Virus record (IMG/VR): IMGVR_UViG_3300009709_000002
Location: 32,001-96,000 of that record
Origin: a virus
Lineage: Duplodnaviria > Heunggongvirae > Uroviricota > Caudoviricetes
Length of the DNA stretch: 64,000 nt
Strand: one strand, 5' to 3'
The translations under genes were made by a program, and so were the position numbers. Under the pieces are notes generated by a model. It did not search any database. It was given only the letters and a program-made list of their open reading frames with translations, and was not told the DNA's origin. Shown in pieces: positions 38,287 to 50,643 of this stretch (position 1 is its first letter; every line of letters starts with the position of its first letter).

Positions 38287-40986
38287 ATGAATTTAACTTT
38301 CCGTCAAGGTATTGTCAAATCACTAACCAACAATAATCAAGCTGCGGCTTTTTTAACGTCTTCTGGTTCTACTGTCAATATTTTGACAGAGGGTATTCCT
38401 GTTCTCATTACAGCTGCATACCAAACCGCTGACTACTTGGTGCAGATTCCGACAGACGTTCCAAATGCTTGGGGTCCATTCCAGTGGAATCCAATGTGGG
38501 GTCTTCAGCCAACCCAGACGAACTACTACATGTATTGGGACATCAATGTCGCTAATGGGTTGGTGACTCGTTCATATACGCCTCGTCAACCGTTCTATGG
38601 CCAGATTGCTCCATCACAGCCGCTAGACGATCAACATTGGTTCGACACCAATAACAACATCATGTACGTCTGGAACGGCATGACGTGGGTACAGAAGATT
38701 AGAGTGTTTGCTGGTTGTGTTTCAACCCAAAGTGGCCTGATCACCTACTCATTTGGTAGTCAAGTTGGTATCAGCTCTGGCACTCCAATCTACAATGCTG
38801 GTTACATCCTTTACGGGCCAGACCAGAAAGCCGTCAAAACATCTAGCGGATTGCTGGTCTCATCAACAACCGACATCAGCACCTACATCGGTAATTTCAG
38901 CTCGCCTGTTCAGCTAGAGCTTTTGGCGACTGATTCAATCGCGATGGAGCCGATTCCAGCGTACTACGCCGTAACGATCACCGGAAATGCTCAAATCAAT
39001 CTTGCTCAACCAAATGACAACAGCTCCAGAGCTGTTGGTCTAGCAGCTACAGATTGTATTGTTGGTCAAACAACAAAGATTATCACCCACGGCGCTGTTT
39101 ACAATGACCAGTGGAATTGGGACATCACTCTTGGCAAGGATCTTTACCTTGGTGAAAATGGCTCACTGTACCAAAGTCTTACGACGCCAAGTTCTACCGG
39201 AACTCAACGTGTAGCAACGATTCTCGCAACAAATGCGGTGATCGTTGACATTGATACTTACAGTGGAAATGGAACATCTTCGGAAGCCACATCGGCTCTG
39301 TATCGTATTGTGACAACCGCTGCTGCGACTTATGATCTTACACCAACAGACTTGACAGGAACAACCTGGTTGCGAATGACCAGCGCTTCGGCTAATAGCG
39401 TGGTGCTGACAGATGCGGTGAATAATGCTGTGCCTGTAGGTTCATTCATCAAGATTAGACAGGCTGGCGCTGGTACTACCACAATTATCCCAGCTGGCTC
39501 TGACATCTCAATTCTTCCTCCAACGATGTTGACGTCGAGCGCGCAATACACGACGTTTACTTTGGTTAAGGTAGATGCTCAGACTTGGGACATTGAAAAT
39601 GATCTAAGCACAAATTCACCAACTCCAACTCTAAGCGTGCTGTCTGTGGATGACATCACGGTTATTCCTATCACCACCATCGTAACAACTCCGTCAGTTA
39701 TTTCAATCAATGACATTACAGTTGTCCCGGTGGTAATTAGCGGCGGTCTACCAGTAGTAGCGATTAACGATGTCACGGTTGTTCCAGCTATCGTTTCTGG
39801 CGGAGGCACCGCATCAGGCTACTACTCAACTTCAGGCAATCAGATCATTGACAGCGTGGGTAACAACGTTCGTCTGAAGAGCGTCAACTGGTTCGGTGGT
39901 GAAGGGACTAACTACATTCCTAACGGCTTGTGGCAAGTAAGCTATCAATCATTGCTCGATGATATAGCTTCTATGGGCTTTAACACGATCCGTATGCCGA
40001 TCTCTGGTGATACGTTCACGACTGGTCAAGTAGCTGGTGGTATCAACACTGCGGTCAACGCAAGCTTTACGACAGATGGAACCACACCTAAGACGGTTGT
40101 AGAGATCTTTGACATCATTGTTAATTATGCTGGTGAACTTGGTCTTAAGATCATCTTTGATCACCACCAACAAACCGCTGCTGGTCAGAAAGATGGTCAG
40201 CCTTTCGGTGGATCTGGATCAGCATACACGGAACAAGATTGGATCAACACCTGGACGTACATCGCTACGCATTATGGCACGAATCCAACAGTCATCGGTG
40301 CTGACTTGCACAATGAACCTTACAACCTGACTTGGGCTGAATGGTCTTCACAGGCTGCTACTTGCGCTGCTGCAATTCAAGCAATTGCTCCAGATTGGCT
40401 GATCATTGTTGAAGGTGTTGGAACCTCGGCGACTGGTGCATCATATTGGTGGGGTGGTCAGTTGGCAGACGTAGCAAATGCTCCGCTCACACTTACTGTT
40501 CCACATAAGCTGGTTTACTCGCCTCATGAATATGGTCAATCGGTTGGTACACAATCTTGGCTCGCTACAGATTCAACTCCGGTGACAAACTATCCAAATA
40601 ACTTGTATAATGTTTGGAATGCGGCATGGGGCTTCATTTTTGAAAATAACATTGGCCCGATCTGGGTTGGTGAATTCGGCGGTAAGTTTGGTGTTGATGG
40701 ATCTGGTGCAGAAGATCCAACTTACGCTCCGAATTCAAGTGAAGAAATTCTGTGGGTCAATAACTTGATGAAGTATATGAACGGGGACTTCACCGGTTCT
40801 GGTACAAGCCAACTTTCTGGTTCAGAGCAGGGTATCTCATTCTCGTACTGGTGCTATAACCCGAACAGCGGCGATACTGGTGGCTTGGTCGAAGATGATT
40901 GGGTAACACATCAGACTGTCAAGCTTAATCTGCTTCAAAATGGTGGCTTGATTACGCCAGTCACTATCACTCCACCGTCATCCTAA
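38287..40986 (+). CDS. FRQG-head virion protein with C-terminal GH5 endoglucanase (cellulase)
   Basis: VNWFG.E, GFNTIRMP, DHH, DLHNEP (acid/base), WWGG.L, YSPHEYG, VGEFGG (nucleophile), YW.YNPNSGDTGG. Confidence 0.9.
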   Translation: MNLTFRQGIVKSLTNNNQAAAFLTSSGSTVNILTEGIPVLITAAYQTADYLVQIPTDVPNAWGPFQWNPMWGLQPTQTNYYMYWDINVANGLVTRSYTPRQPFYGQIAPSQPLDDQHWFDTNNNIMYVWNGMTWVQKIRVFAGCVSTQSGLITYSFGSQVGISSGTPIYNAGYILYGPDQKAVKTSSGLLVSSTTDISTYIGNFSSPVQLELLATDSIAMEPIPAYYAVTITGNAQINLAQPNDNSSRAVGLAATDCIVGQTTKIITHGAVYNDQWNWDITLGKDLYLGENGSLYQSLTTPSSTGTQRVATILATNAVIVDIDTYSGNGTSSEATSALYRIVTTAAATYDLTPTDLTGTTWLRMTSASANSVVLTDAVNNAVPVGSFIKIRQAGAGTTTIIPAGSDISILPPTMLTSSAQYTTFTLVKVDAQTWDIENDLSTNSPTPTLSVLSVDDITVIPITTIVTTPSVISINDITVVPVVISGGLPVVAINDVTVVPAIVSGGGTASGYYSTSGNQIIDSVGNNVRLKSVNWFGGEGTNYIPNGLWQVSYQSLLDDIASMGFNTIRMPISGDTFTTGQVAGGINTAVNASFTTDGTTPKTVVEIFDIIVNYAGELGLKIIFDHHQQTAAGQKDGQPFGGSGSAYTEQDWINTWTYIATHYGTNPTVIGADLHNEPYNLTWAEWSSQAATCAAAIQAIAPDWLIIVEGVGTSATGASYWWGGQLADVANAPLTLTVPHKLVYSPHEYGQSVGTQSWLATDSTPVTNYPNNLYNVWNAAWGFIFENNIGPIWVGEFGGKFGVDGSGAEDPTYAPNSSEEILWVNNLMKYMNGDFTGSGTSQLSGSEQGISFSYWCYNPNSGDTGGLVEDDWVTHQTVKLNLLQNGGLITPVTITPPSS

Positions 40987-41067
40987 TGCATAGGATCAAT
41001 TTATTTTGCTCCTATGTCAGCTAATAAATAGTACCATAGATTTTAGGCACCCTAATAAAGGAACTTT

Positions 41068-43959
41068 ATGTCAACAACAGCAATCTTTACGGTTACGCTT
41101 GCGCCAGCTTCTGCCAGTGTAGTGACTGTTAATTATGCTACCCAAGACGGTACAGCGAAGGCAGGTACGAATTACACTGCAACGTCTGGCACGCTTACAT
41201 TCCAGCCTGGTGATACTACGAAGACCGTTTCGGTTGTTGTGGCAGACATCGGCACCAATCAGCCAACAGAAGCATTCACTTTGGTGCTTACCACGCCATC
41301 TGGTGCTACTCTTGGTAAAGCGTCAGGTACGTGTACTATCACAGGTAGTGAAGGAACAGGCACGATCACGGTCTGGGGTCCACTTATTGATAATGGCCTG
41401 ATCACCAACGCATATCAGTTCCAAGCTGGTCGTGGTGATTACTTCCACGCAAACTCTGGTACGACGGAAGGTCAGTTCATCATGATCAATGCCGCTTACC
41501 TTGCTTACAACACTTTGTCTCCATTGACAAGTGATGCAACATCGCAAAATTCGGCAACTTTCTATCATAACCTTGCAGCACAGATGCTTGACGCAATGGG
41601 TAATGGAACAACGTCAACACCAATTCTGCGTCAACCGATTCCAACCAATCCAGATACGATCTGCTTGCTGCACTGGCTGTTCGCTGCTAAGGGGCCAGTT
41701 CCACTGCAAGCATATAACTTGACGTACTTGGCTACGCTGACGAATGGTAAGTTGACAATTCCAGTGAGTGATACAACATCGCACGCTGCGGACACGTTCA
41801 ACGTTTGGCAGATTTATCCAGCTACATCGACTCTGTTGTACGCATCCCCTTACTCTCCAGTAATTGGTGGTGGCGGTATCACGATCACATCTAGCATGTG
41901 GACGTTTGACTCAAACAATAACGTCATTATTACACCTCCTGCTGGTACGGCCGCTGGTTCGTACAATATCGTGTACGGCTATGGTAATGCTGCAACGCTT
42001 CCACAAGGCGATGCATATGAAGCTTATCCAGTTTGGACAGCAATTCCTGATGGTTACGCAGCTTGCGCGCCAGATACATTCCGCTGGTTTGACCAAGCTA
42101 TCAACAATGCTATTGCTCTTGATACTCGCTCAGGTAACTCCACCAAGTGGACTCAGCTTCGTGATGCAATGCGCATGACTTCTGTCAATGGTCAAAACCT
42201 GACCGATCTTCGTCAAGTTTTTGAACCACTACCAGGCATTGGCGTATTTGATCCAAGCGCTCGCTCGGGTATGTTCTGCTACTCGAATAGAACTGGTGCT
42301 CTTCCACCGTCAGACCCAACGCTTAACCAAGCATGGACTGGTTACAACTTCTTCTCACTTGACACTACGAGCCCGAACGGCGCAGGTCTTGGCGACATTA
42401 TTTGTACTGTTCCGACGACTGGTACAACAGGTGAGCAAGTTCAGCTTGGTCGTGGTATTTCTGACTCATGGCGTGGTCAAATTCTAGCTTCTGACGGTGT
42501 GTCGATCATCCAAGAACCAGACCAGTACTTGTACGTTCAATGCAGCTGCTCAGTTGTTCCGACTGGTTCAGAAGTGTTTGAAGTTTTCGTATCAAGCACA
42601 TCTGATTATGAAAATGCAACTCGTTGGTACTGCAATATCGGTGCTTACGCTAACTTCGTTGCAACACCAACAGCATCAGGCAACGTCATCACTTTCCTGG
42701 TGCCGCAGTCTGACCTGAAGAACAAAAACGGTTCTAACACGCCAATTCCACTTGGCACGACGATTCTGAACTTCGGCTTTAACAGCGAAATTGAAGAACC
42801 ACACTCGTTCCGTATCCGTGCGATGCGTATCGTTTCAGGCCCTTCACAATCTTGGGTTCAGGCTAACCTGGCTGAAGCTGCTGGTGGTTATGGTACTCTG
42901 CCATACTTCCCAGGTGCAATGCCGTTCGCAGTTAATGCTGACCTGGTCAATCAACAGTTCGTCGGCTATAATGGCAACCCGTTCCATGGTTACCAAGGCC
43001 CAGACTACTGGTTGGATCGTGTTAATGAGGCTGTGACAGTTCACGGTACGCTGACGTCACAAGATCTTCCTTGCGCTCAGATTACTGCCCATGGCGCATC
43101 GCTTGGTGGTGGTATGATCTATCCGATATCGTTGACTAACCAGAACGGGGTAGCAAAACCAACTCACCTGCTGCTGATGGAACAACAAGTTCGCTTCTTG
43201 GCTGATGCTCAGACAGCTTACAACACTCACGGCGGTCAGCTTGGTCCGTTCGCTCACACATTCGTTCTGAATACTCCAGCTCGTTTCAACATCGGATCAC
43301 CTCCGATCAATACTTGGGTTTACACGAACGACGATCCGAACACTCAGTGGATTGGTTACCAGTGCCGTCCGGTTGAAGCTCTTTGTAACGCCGCTTACCA
43401 GACATACTCAACGACTCAGTCGACGAACCAGGCGCAAGACGTTTACAACATGTGCTTGAGCATCGCTACGACGTGGCTCACATGGTTGAACAACTACTGG
43501 CCAAACCTGAACGGTATCGAGTATACTGACCCAGTGCTCGGCCAGCTGCTGCTCAAGGGTATGCCAACGAATTATCCGGATCCAACCATCAGTGCTCCGA
43601 CAACGACATATGATGAACCACACGGGCCAGCGCTGATTATTCGTGCATGTATGTGGTTGAAGTTGATCAACGTCAACTCCGCAACAAACACGCTGTGCGA
43701 TGCACTGATGACTCGCTGCTGGGAATACATGGAAACGCAATACCAGCTGACTGGTGATATGCAATACACTTGGTCACCGATTCCTTCGCAACACAACTGG
43801 TATGGTTTCTGGCACGGTGAAATCATCACGACGATTGCTCGTTTGGCAACAATCGGTTCATCGATTCTGCCAGCTGGTATTCCACTCGCTACGCTTCAGC
43901 TTCGTCTTAACCAGACTGAATCGTGGCTGCTCAATACTGGTGTTGTGACAAGCGGCTAA
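41068..43959 (+). CDS. Calx-beta domain (lacking first strand) plus putative GH8-like glycoside hydrolase
   Basis: FTVTL..AS..VTVNYAT.DGTA.AG..YTATSGTLTF.PG.T.KT; GTTEGQ resembles the GH8 TSEGQ catalytic motif. Confidence 0.6.
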   Translation: MSTTAIFTVTLAPASASVVTVNYATQDGTAKAGTNYTATSGTLTFQPGDTTKTVSVVVADIGTNQPTEAFTLVLTTPSGATLGKASGTCTITGSEGTGTITVWGPLIDNGLITNAYQFQAGRGDYFHANSGTTEGQFIMINAAYLAYNTLSPLTSDATSQNSATFYHNLAAQMLDAMGNGTTSTPILRQPIPTNPDTICLLHWLFAAKGPVPLQAYNLTYLATLTNGKLTIPVSDTTSHAADTFNVWQIYPATSTLLYASPYSPVIGGGGITITSSMWTFDSNNNVIITPPAGTAAGSYNIVYGYGNAATLPQGDAYEAYPVWTAIPDGYAACAPDTFRWFDQAINNAIALDTRSGNSTKWTQLRDAMRMTSVNGQNLTDLRQVFEPLPGIGVFDPSARSGMFCYSNRTGALPPSDPTLNQAWTGYNFFSLDTTSPNGAGLGDIICTVPTTGTTGEQVQLGRGISDSWRGQILASDGVSIIQEPDQYLYVQCSCSVVPTGSEVFEVFVSSTSDYENATRWYCNIGAYANFVATPTASGNVITFLVPQSDLKNKNGSNTPIPLGTTILNFGFNSEIEEPHSFRIRAMRIVSGPSQSWVQANLAEAAGGYGTLPYFPGAMPFAVNADLVNQQFVGYNGNPFHGYQGPDYWLDRVNEAVTVHGTLTSQDLPCAQITAHGASLGGGMIYPISLTNQNGVAKPTHLLLMEQQVRFLADAQTAYNTHGGQLGPFAHTFVLNTPARFNIGSPPINTWVYTNDDPNTQWIGYQCRPVEALCNAAYQTYSTTQSTNQAQDVYNMCLSIATTWLTWLNNYWPNLNGIEYTDPVLGQLLLKGMPTNYPDPTISAPTTTYDEPHGPALIIRACMWLKLINVNSATNTLCDALMTRCWEYMETQYQLTGDMQYTWSPIPSQHNWYGFWHGEIITTIARLATIGSSILPAGIPLATLQLRLNQTESWLLNTGVVTSG

Positions 43960-43980
43960 GATCTTCTCTTAGTACATCTC

Positions 43981-44004
43981 AAAGGCTACCATATGGTAGC
44001 CTTT
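43981..44004 (+). terminator. Rho-independent terminator
   Basis: AAAGGCTACC-ATAT-GGTAGCCTTT. Confidence 0.7.
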
Positions 44005-44055
44005 GTTTTTAGCTTGTGAAATAAATATGACATCCTAACCATCAATGAGAAACTA

Positions 44056-47000
44056 ATGAAGCTCAATTTTCGACAGGGCGTGATCAGTTGTTTAACTGTC
44101 GGGCCATACAATACACCAGCCTATTTAGCCTACAATCAAAATGCAGGAACAGTTGACATTGTTGGTTCTGGATCTGCCGCTACGCAAGCTGTCGTACAGA
44201 TTACAGCTGCGTATCAAAATCATGACTATCTATACAATCAGTCATCGCCGCTAACACAAGCCTGGGGGCCATTTAGCTGGAATTCAGCTTGGGGAATTCA
44301 GCCATCTACTCCTACATACTACTTGTATTGGGACATTAACCTTGCTACTGGCTTGGTGACTCGTTCGTATACGCCATGGCAACCAATCTATAGAAGCGGT
44401 CCTCCGGTTGGAGTTCAAGCGGTTGACCAACATTGGTTTGATTTAAGCACAGATACTATGAATGTCTGGACCAGCGGAAGTTGGGCTCCAGTGATTCGTG
44501 TGTTCTCTGGCAGCATCTCTCCGATGAGCCAGGTACTCAATACATATCCGCTTGGCTCTCAGGTAGGATTGACATATCCTGATACGCTTAACTATCAACC
44601 AGAAGCTGGTTACATTCTTTACGGCATTGATCAAAATGCTATCAAGACTACAGCAGGGCAATTCCTCACTAGCGTATCACCACTTCTCACAAATCAAGGC
44701 GGAGTTTACACTTCACCGGTTCAGCTAGAAGCTCTATCTACGCAAGCAGTTGCGACTGAAGCTATCGCTGCATTTTCATGCGTAGCGATTACTGGCAATA
44801 ATCAAATAGGTCTTGCATCTAACACGGACGTTACACGCCGCGCGGTTGGTTTAGTCACAGCAGACTTGGCGATTGGTCAAGCAAGCAATATCATCTCTTA
44901 TGGTGCTGTCTACAATCCATTGTGGTCTTGGGATGTTCTGCTCGGCACTGACATTTATTGCGATGCAAACGGTCAGCTTTATCAGGGTCTTCCACTAACA
45001 GTTGTTCAAGGTGGTCAGAAGATCGGTTCTGTGCTTGGTCAAAATGCGATCATCATCGACATTGATATTTTTGGTCAATCTGCTCAGGCTGGGCCAACAG
45101 GTCCAGCTGGTGTTGCAGGTCCAACTGGCCCAATTGGTATCATTGGACCAACTGGACCAGCAGATGGTCCGACCGGCGCTACTGGACCAACTGGAGCTAC
45201 TGGTGTAGGTGCCACAGGACCATCTGGCGCTACCGGAGCTACGGGTGTTGCAGGTCCTACTGGTCCTACTGGTTTCATCGGTGGTGTAGGTCCTACTGGT
45301 CCTACTGGATTGGGTCCTACTGGTCCAACAGGATCTATGGGTCAACCTGGTGTAACTGGAGCTGCAGGTACTAATGGAGCCACCGGCCCGACTGGAGCTG
45401 CCGGCACTAATGGCACTAATGGTTCAACCGGTCCCACAGGAGCAACAGGACCGAGTGGAGCTGGTCCTACAGGTCCAACTGGATCTGGTTCAACAGGACC
45501 AACAGGTGCTATGGGTCAACCAGGAGCAACTGGCGCAGCAGGTTCGAATGGTGCTACAGGTCCAACGGGTGCAGCTGGCACTAACGGAACAAACGGAGCT
45601 ACAGGTCCAACAGGTGTAACAGGGCCAAGCGGTGCAGGGCCAACAGGCCCGACAGGATCTGGTGCTACTGGACCAACTGGACCAATGGGACAAATTGGCG
45701 TGACGGGTGCAGCTGGTACTAATGGAGCAACCGGCCCAACCGGCGCTTCTGGTGCGAATGGAACAAACGGATCTGATGGTGCAACAGGCCCAACCGGCGC
45801 TACTGGTCCCGGTGGTTCTGGACCAACTGGCCCAACAGGATCTGGCGGAACTGGTCCAACTGGTCCTATGGGTCAAATTGGTGGAACTGGTCCAACTGGT
45901 GCTACAGGTCCAACTGGCGCGAATGGTGCTGATTCAACCGTAGCTGGCCCAACTGGCCCAACCGGAGTTGGTGCTACTGGTCCTACTGGATCAGCTGGTA
46001 GTGCAGGTTCTAATGGAGCCACTGGTCCAACCGGAGCGGCCGGAACAGCTGGTCCAACTGGTTCTGCTGGAGCTAATGGCGCAACAGGACCGACTGGAGC
46101 AGCTGGTTCTGCTGGCGCAACAGGTCCAACAGGAGCCACTGGAGCTCAGGGCGCCGCATCAACAGTGACTGGTCCAACTGGTGCAAATGGATCTAATGGA
46201 GCAACAGGACCAACTGGTGCAGCTTCAACTGTGACCGGTCCAACAGGTCCTTCTATCACTGGCCCAACTGGTGCCGCTTCGACAGTCACTGGTCCTACAG
46301 GTCCAACAGGAGCACAAGGTGCAGCTTCTACGGTTACAGGACCAACTGGTCCGATTGTAACAGGACCAACAGGACCAACAGGAGCGGCTTCCACAGTCAC
46401 AGGCCCAACAGGATGGACTGGTCCGCAAGGCGCTGCATCTACGGTAACTGGACCGAATGGAGCCACTGGTCCCACTGGTGCTCAAGGTGCTGCATCTACT
46501 GTGACTGGCCCTACTGGCCCAAGCGTCACTGGCCCTACAGGCGCTGCATCTACTATAACTGGACCGACCGGCTGGACTGGTCCTCAAGGTGCCGCTTCAA
46601 CCGTAACAGGACCTACAGGAGCAACTGGTCCAACAGGAGCACAAGGTGCAGCTTCTACTGTTACGGGACCAACTGGTCCAAGTGTAACTGGACCAACAGG
46701 AGCAGCTTCCACCGTCACTGGTCCAACAGGTTGGACCGGTCCTCAAGGTGCAGCAAGCACAGTAACAGGACCAACTGGTGATAAAGGACCAACAGGACCA
46801 ACTGGTGCAGCAAGCACAGTAACAGGTCCGACTGGTCCAAGTGTAACTGGGCCCACAGGAGCAGCCTCGACTGTCACCGGACCGACTGGCTGGACTGGAC
46901 CACAAGGAGCTGCTTCGACTGTCACTGGACCTACTGGTCCTAGCGTTACAGGCCCTACAGGCCCAGCTGGTTCTTATGGAGCGCAATCTGCTAGCACGGT

Positions 47001-50000
47001 TTTGGCCGGACCTACAACAGGATCAGCTGTTCCAACGTTTAGACAGCTTAGTAATCTAGATATCACTGGTTTTGGAACCATGTCGACGCAAAATGCGTCT
47101 GCTGTAGCTATCACAGGTGGTTCAATTAATGGCACTCCTGTAGGCATAGGTACTGCGGCTGCTGGCGCGTTCACGACACTAACTGCTACTACTCCAGCTC
47201 AGTTTGATAATAGCACTAATGCTGCAACTACGGCGTTTGTTCAGCGCGCGCTTGGTAACTTCCAACAAAGCGCGCAAATTACTGCGACGACTACACTAAC
47301 TGCAGCAAATGCCGGTATCGCATATCAAATCACTGGTGGTTATACGATCACGCTTCCAGTCTTTGCTACGGTGAGCACAGGCGCGGCATTTTCATTCTCG
47401 TCAAATGTGGTAGGTCCGGCGACGATTCAAAGAAATAGCACTAGCGATCCAACGATAACCTGGGGTGAAACGTCATCAGCTTCAATTTCACTTGGATCTG
47501 GCGACACAATTGTCATAGTTGCGGTGGGAGGCATTTGGCTTGCTTTTGGTGGTTCTGTGGCAATCGCTAATTCATATGCAATTATCAATCGTTACGCTCA
47601 GCTGGCATCACCTAACTTAACAGGCACTCCAACAGTGCCAACAGCTGCACAATTCACCAGCACAACGCAAGCTGCATCAACTGCATTTGTGATGGCGTCT
47701 GGACTTCACTTCCAGAATGCGGCTGGTATAGGTTTAAGCTCATCCATTACTCTTACGCTCAGCCAGCTTAATCATTGGGGACAATTTCAAGCGGCCGGTG
47801 TGACAGTAACTATGCCAGCACTTGCAACCGTATTGATAGGATCAACATTTACTTTCTTTGGTGGATCAACTGGCGGTACGATCAAGGGCAACGCTTCAGA
47901 AACTATTCAAACTGCTTCTAGCGTTATATCTAATACTTTCTCGGTAGCTATTGGCGAGTGTATTACTATCGTGGCAAACGGTTCTGGTGGAAGCTGGTAC
48001 GTTTCTAGTGATGGTTTATCAGCTGCACAAATCGCTGCACTCTATGCGCCGCTAGCTTCAGCTCCTCTAACTGGAACACCGACAGCTCCAACCGCTGCGA
48101 TTGGAACTAACACGACGCAATTAGCAACGACAGCTTTTGTTCAAAAAAGCGTTGGTAGTTTTGCAGGGTTTACAGCGTATAACGCAAATACAACACTAAC
48201 GAATGCCGTAGCTAATTTTGCTATTCAAAGCTATGGATCATCGCCGACGTTTACACTACCAGTTGGTTCAACAATGGTGTCCGGAAATACCATCACTTTC
48301 TATAATGATGGTTCTGGCGTTTTGACTATTACAACCCAGGGTAGTGACATCATTTGGGGTGGATCTAATGAACAGCCTGTAGCGCTTCAGCCTGGTGATA
48401 ATCTTGAAGTTATGTCACGTGGTGGAACTGAATGGGACATTGTTGGTGGTACTGGATCGCTGCAGTATGTGAAAGCACCACGAATGACGCAGCCGGTCAT
48501 CACTGGCCAAACGAATATCACTGGAACTGGCTCAGGCACGATCAATCTTTCAATTTCAGATACCACCAACGCTAATGGCGCAGGTATTTTTCTTGCTGGA
48601 AATGGATCAACAACACCAAACAAGAGCATTCGATCGCAAGGCGGTCAACTTCAAGTAGTTAATAGTGGATATACTGCAACTATTCTGTCATTGGATGATT
48701 CTGGTGACTTGAATGTTTCTGGTAAAGCCAACGCCAATAATAATCCAAATTTGTTGTACAATGGATCGGGAGAATTTGGTGCAACAGGCTGGGTTCTCGG
48801 AACACTAGGCACGTTTGCCGCAACGGTTGACACGTCTGGCGGCTATGGCAGCTACTTTGGAAACACAACTTCGCTGACTACTGCAACATTTAGCGTCAAC
48901 GGTCCACAAGTCACGGTTGGCCCTAGTGTAACGCTAACGATGACAATTGACGTCGCTAACCAAGCTACCGCTGGTACGGTGTCGATATCTCTAGCAGCGT
49001 TTAATAGCAGCGGTACATTCATTAGCAATGTTGCTACCCAAGCTGTTGCGAACGGAACTGGTTCTACAAGATACACGATGTCAGGAACTACGCCTGCCGC
49101 TACTGCGTATGTAGTTCCATATCCTCTCAATATGACTGGAGTGACAGCGGCTGCATATGGAATAACATTCAGAAGAATCAAAATTGAAGCTGGTTTGATT
49201 CCTTCAATGTATTCAACTGAAGCTGACTTAGCTATCACTACAACAGCGCCGGCAAGCACGGTGTATACTCCTGGCGCTGGCGCAACAAGCATCACCACGG
49301 CGGGTTACACGGTTGGATATGTTCAGGTCTACAAGAATAATTTGAAGTTGATTTCTGGCACTGATTTTACCGCCACAAATGGTCAAACGATTACATTGGC
49401 GGTGGCTGCAACTGCTCAAGATCGTTATGAGGTGCTAGTTTCGGTTGCTTACTCAACGTCAACGGTATTCAATCCAACAAGCACCGTAACAACCGTAGCG
49501 TCAGGTAGTTCTACCATAACAGTTGGTTACATTCCTGGATGGGTTTGGGTCTTCCAGAACAATGACAAGTTGATTCCTGGCCAGGATTACACCGCAGCGA
49601 ACGGTTCAACCATCACGTTGACAAGTCCTTCAACGAGCTCATCAGACACGTATGAAGTTGTAACGTTCCAGCCGTTTGCAGTGAATGGTATGCTTCCACT
49701 TACGGGCGGAACTCTTACTGGAGCCTTGAATAGCTCAGCATCAATCACCAGCTCTGCGGCTATAACAACAACCGCTGGTAATCTCGTGTCTTATGGATAT
49801 GGTGGAACTAACACCACAGGTAGGCTTACTCTAAATCAGGCAGGAACAGCTTATCTGTATTTTGATGGAACAAATTACAATTTGCCAGCCGGTAATTTGA
49901 TAGTCAATGGAACGCAGGTTGCTATTCTTGGTTTGAATACATTCACCGCCGACCAAACAATCTATCAAAATAGCACATTATCTTCACGATTGCTTCTTAA

Positions 50001-50643
50001 AGCTGGTACTTATACTCCATTCTTGAGAAGCAATAGCACGACAGCTGCTATTGAAACTGTGAACAGCGCTAATACAGCAGTTACATTGACGATTGGTGAT
50101 ACTGGTGTTATTGCTGCGCTTCAGCAATTTAAAGTCTCATCAACTGCAAACATTATCAGATTCCAGGCTACTGGTTATGGCAATGGTCAAGGTTTTGGCA
50201 TGAACTTTACAGCAGGTGTGACAGCTGCAACAAACGCTGCTAACCCTGTTGTATTTTACAACTACAATAGTTCATTAGTTGGTTCGATTACACACACCGA
50301 TTCTGCGACATCATTTAACACTACATCTGATTATCGTCTTAAAGAAAATGTAATCTCTTTGGATAGAGCTTTGGATAGACTTGCTAAAGCTAATCCAATT
50401 CGATTCAACTTTATCAATGACTCAACAAAGAGAGAAATTGACGGCTTTCTTGCGCATGAAATTGCTGACGTGGTTCCAGAAGCAGTTCACGGTGAAAAAG
50501 ACGCGGTTGATGGTGATGAAATTGTAGCACAGCAAGTTGATCATTCCAAACTTGTCCCTCTACTTACAGCATCTATTTTGGAACTCAAACAACAACTTGA
50601 TTTTGCACTTCAAGAAATTGCAAAATTGAAAGAAGGAAAGTAA
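44056..50643 (+). CDS. Long fibre: FRQG head, collagen stalk, fibre repeats, C-terminal peptidase S74 intramolecular chaperone
   Basis: GPT repeats; repeated TAA...T..ATTAFV modules; TSDYRLK..GFLAHE..PEAV.GEKDA. Confidence 0.88.
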   Translation: MKLNFRQGVISCLTVGPYNTPAYLAYNQNAGTVDIVGSGSAATQAVVQITAAYQNHDYLYNQSSPLTQAWGPFSWNSAWGIQPSTPTYYLYWDINLATGLVTRSYTPWQPIYRSGPPVGVQAVDQHWFDLSTDTMNVWTSGSWAPVIRVFSGSISPMSQVLNTYPLGSQVGLTYPDTLNYQPEAGYILYGIDQNAIKTTAGQFLTSVSPLLTNQGGVYTSPVQLEALSTQAVATEAIAAFSCVAITGNNQIGLASNTDVTRRAVGLVTADLAIGQASNIISYGAVYNPLWSWDVLLGTDIYCDANGQLYQGLPLTVVQGGQKIGSVLGQNAIIIDIDIFGQSAQAGPTGPAGVAGPTGPIGIIGPTGPADGPTGATGPTGATGVGATGPSGATGATGVAGPTGPTGFIGGVGPTGPTGLGPTGPTGSMGQPGVTGAAGTNGATGPTGAAGTNGTNGSTGPTGATGPSGAGPTGPTGSGSTGPTGAMGQPGATGAAGSNGATGPTGAAGTNGTNGATGPTGVTGPSGAGPTGPTGSGATGPTGPMGQIGVTGAAGTNGATGPTGASGANGTNGSDGATGPTGATGPGGSGPTGPTGSGGTGPTGPMGQIGGTGPTGATGPTGANGADSTVAGPTGPTGVGATGPTGSAGSAGSNGATGPTGAAGTAGPTGSAGANGATGPTGAAGSAGATGPTGATGAQGAASTVTGPTGANGSNGATGPTGAASTVTGPTGPSITGPTGAASTVTGPTGPTGAQGAASTVTGPTGPIVTGPTGPTGAASTVTGPTGWTGPQGAASTVTGPNGATGPTGAQGAASTVTGPTGPSVTGPTGAASTITGPTGWTGPQGAASTVTGPTGATGPTGAQGAASTVTGPTGPSVTGPTGAASTVTGPTGWTGPQGAASTVTGPTGDKGPTGPTGAASTVTGPTGPSVTGPTGAASTVTGPTGWTGPQGAASTVTGPTGPSVTGPTGPAGSYGAQSASTVLAGPTTGSAVPTFRQLSNLDITGFGTMSTQNASAVAITGGSINGTPVGIGTAAAGAFTTLTATTPAQFDNSTNAATTAFVQRALGNFQQSAQITATTTLTAANAGIAYQITGGYTITLPVFATVSTGAAFSFSSNVVGPATIQRNSTSDPTITWGETSSASISLGSGDTIVIVAVGGIWLAFGGSVAIANSYAIINRYAQLASPNLTGTPTVPTAAQFTSTTQAASTAFVMASGLHFQNAAGIGLSSSITLTLSQLNHWGQFQAAGVTVTMPALATVLIGSTFTFFGGSTGGTIKGNASETIQTASSVISNTFSVAIGECITIVANGSGGSWYVSSDGLSAAQIAALYAPLASAPLTGTPTAPTAAIGTNTTQLATTAFVQKSVGSFAGFTAYNANTTLTNAVANFAIQSYGSSPTFTLPVGSTMVSGNTITFYNDGSGVLTITTQGSDIIWGGSNEQPVALQPGDNLEVMSRGGTEWDIVGGTGSLQYVKAPRMTQPVITGQTNITGTGSGTINLSISDTTNANGAGIFLAGNGSTTPNKSIRSQGGQLQVVNSGYTATILSLDDSGDLNVSGKANANNNPNLLYNGSGEFGATGWVLGTLGTFAATVDTSGGYGSYFGNTTSLTTATFSVNGPQVTVGPSVTLTMTIDVANQATAGTVSISLAAFNSSGTFISNVATQAVANGTGSTRYTMSGTTPAATAYVVPYPLNMTGVTAAAYGITFRRIKIEAGLIPSMYSTEADLAITTTAPASTVYTPGAGATSITTAGYTVGYVQVYKNNLKLISGTDFTATNGQTITLAVAATAQDRYEVLVSVAYSTSTVFNPTSTVTTVASGSSTITVGYIPGWVWVFQNNDKLIPGQDYTAANGSTITLTSPSTSSSDTYEVVTFQPFAVNGMLPLTGGTLTGALNSSASITSSAAITTTAGNLVSYGYGGTNTTGRLTLNQAGTAYLYFDGTNYNLPAGNLIVNGTQVAILGLNTFTADQTIYQNSTLSSRLLLKAGTYTPFLRSNSTTAAIETVNSANTAVTLTIGDTGVIAALQQFKVSSTANIIRFQATGYGNGQGFGMNFTAGVTAATNAANPVVFYNYNSSLVGSITHTDSATSFNTTSDYRLKENVISLDRALDRLAKANPIRFNFINDSTKREIDGFLAHEIADVVPEAVHGEKDAVDGDEIVAQQVDHSKLVPLLTASILELKQQLDFALQEIAKLKEGK

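Noticed and set aside
28819-47000. CRISPR array or DGR suggested by repetitive DNA
   Set aside because: The repeats are in-frame collagen codons with synonymous variation; there are no spacers, cas genes, RT or TR/VR pair.
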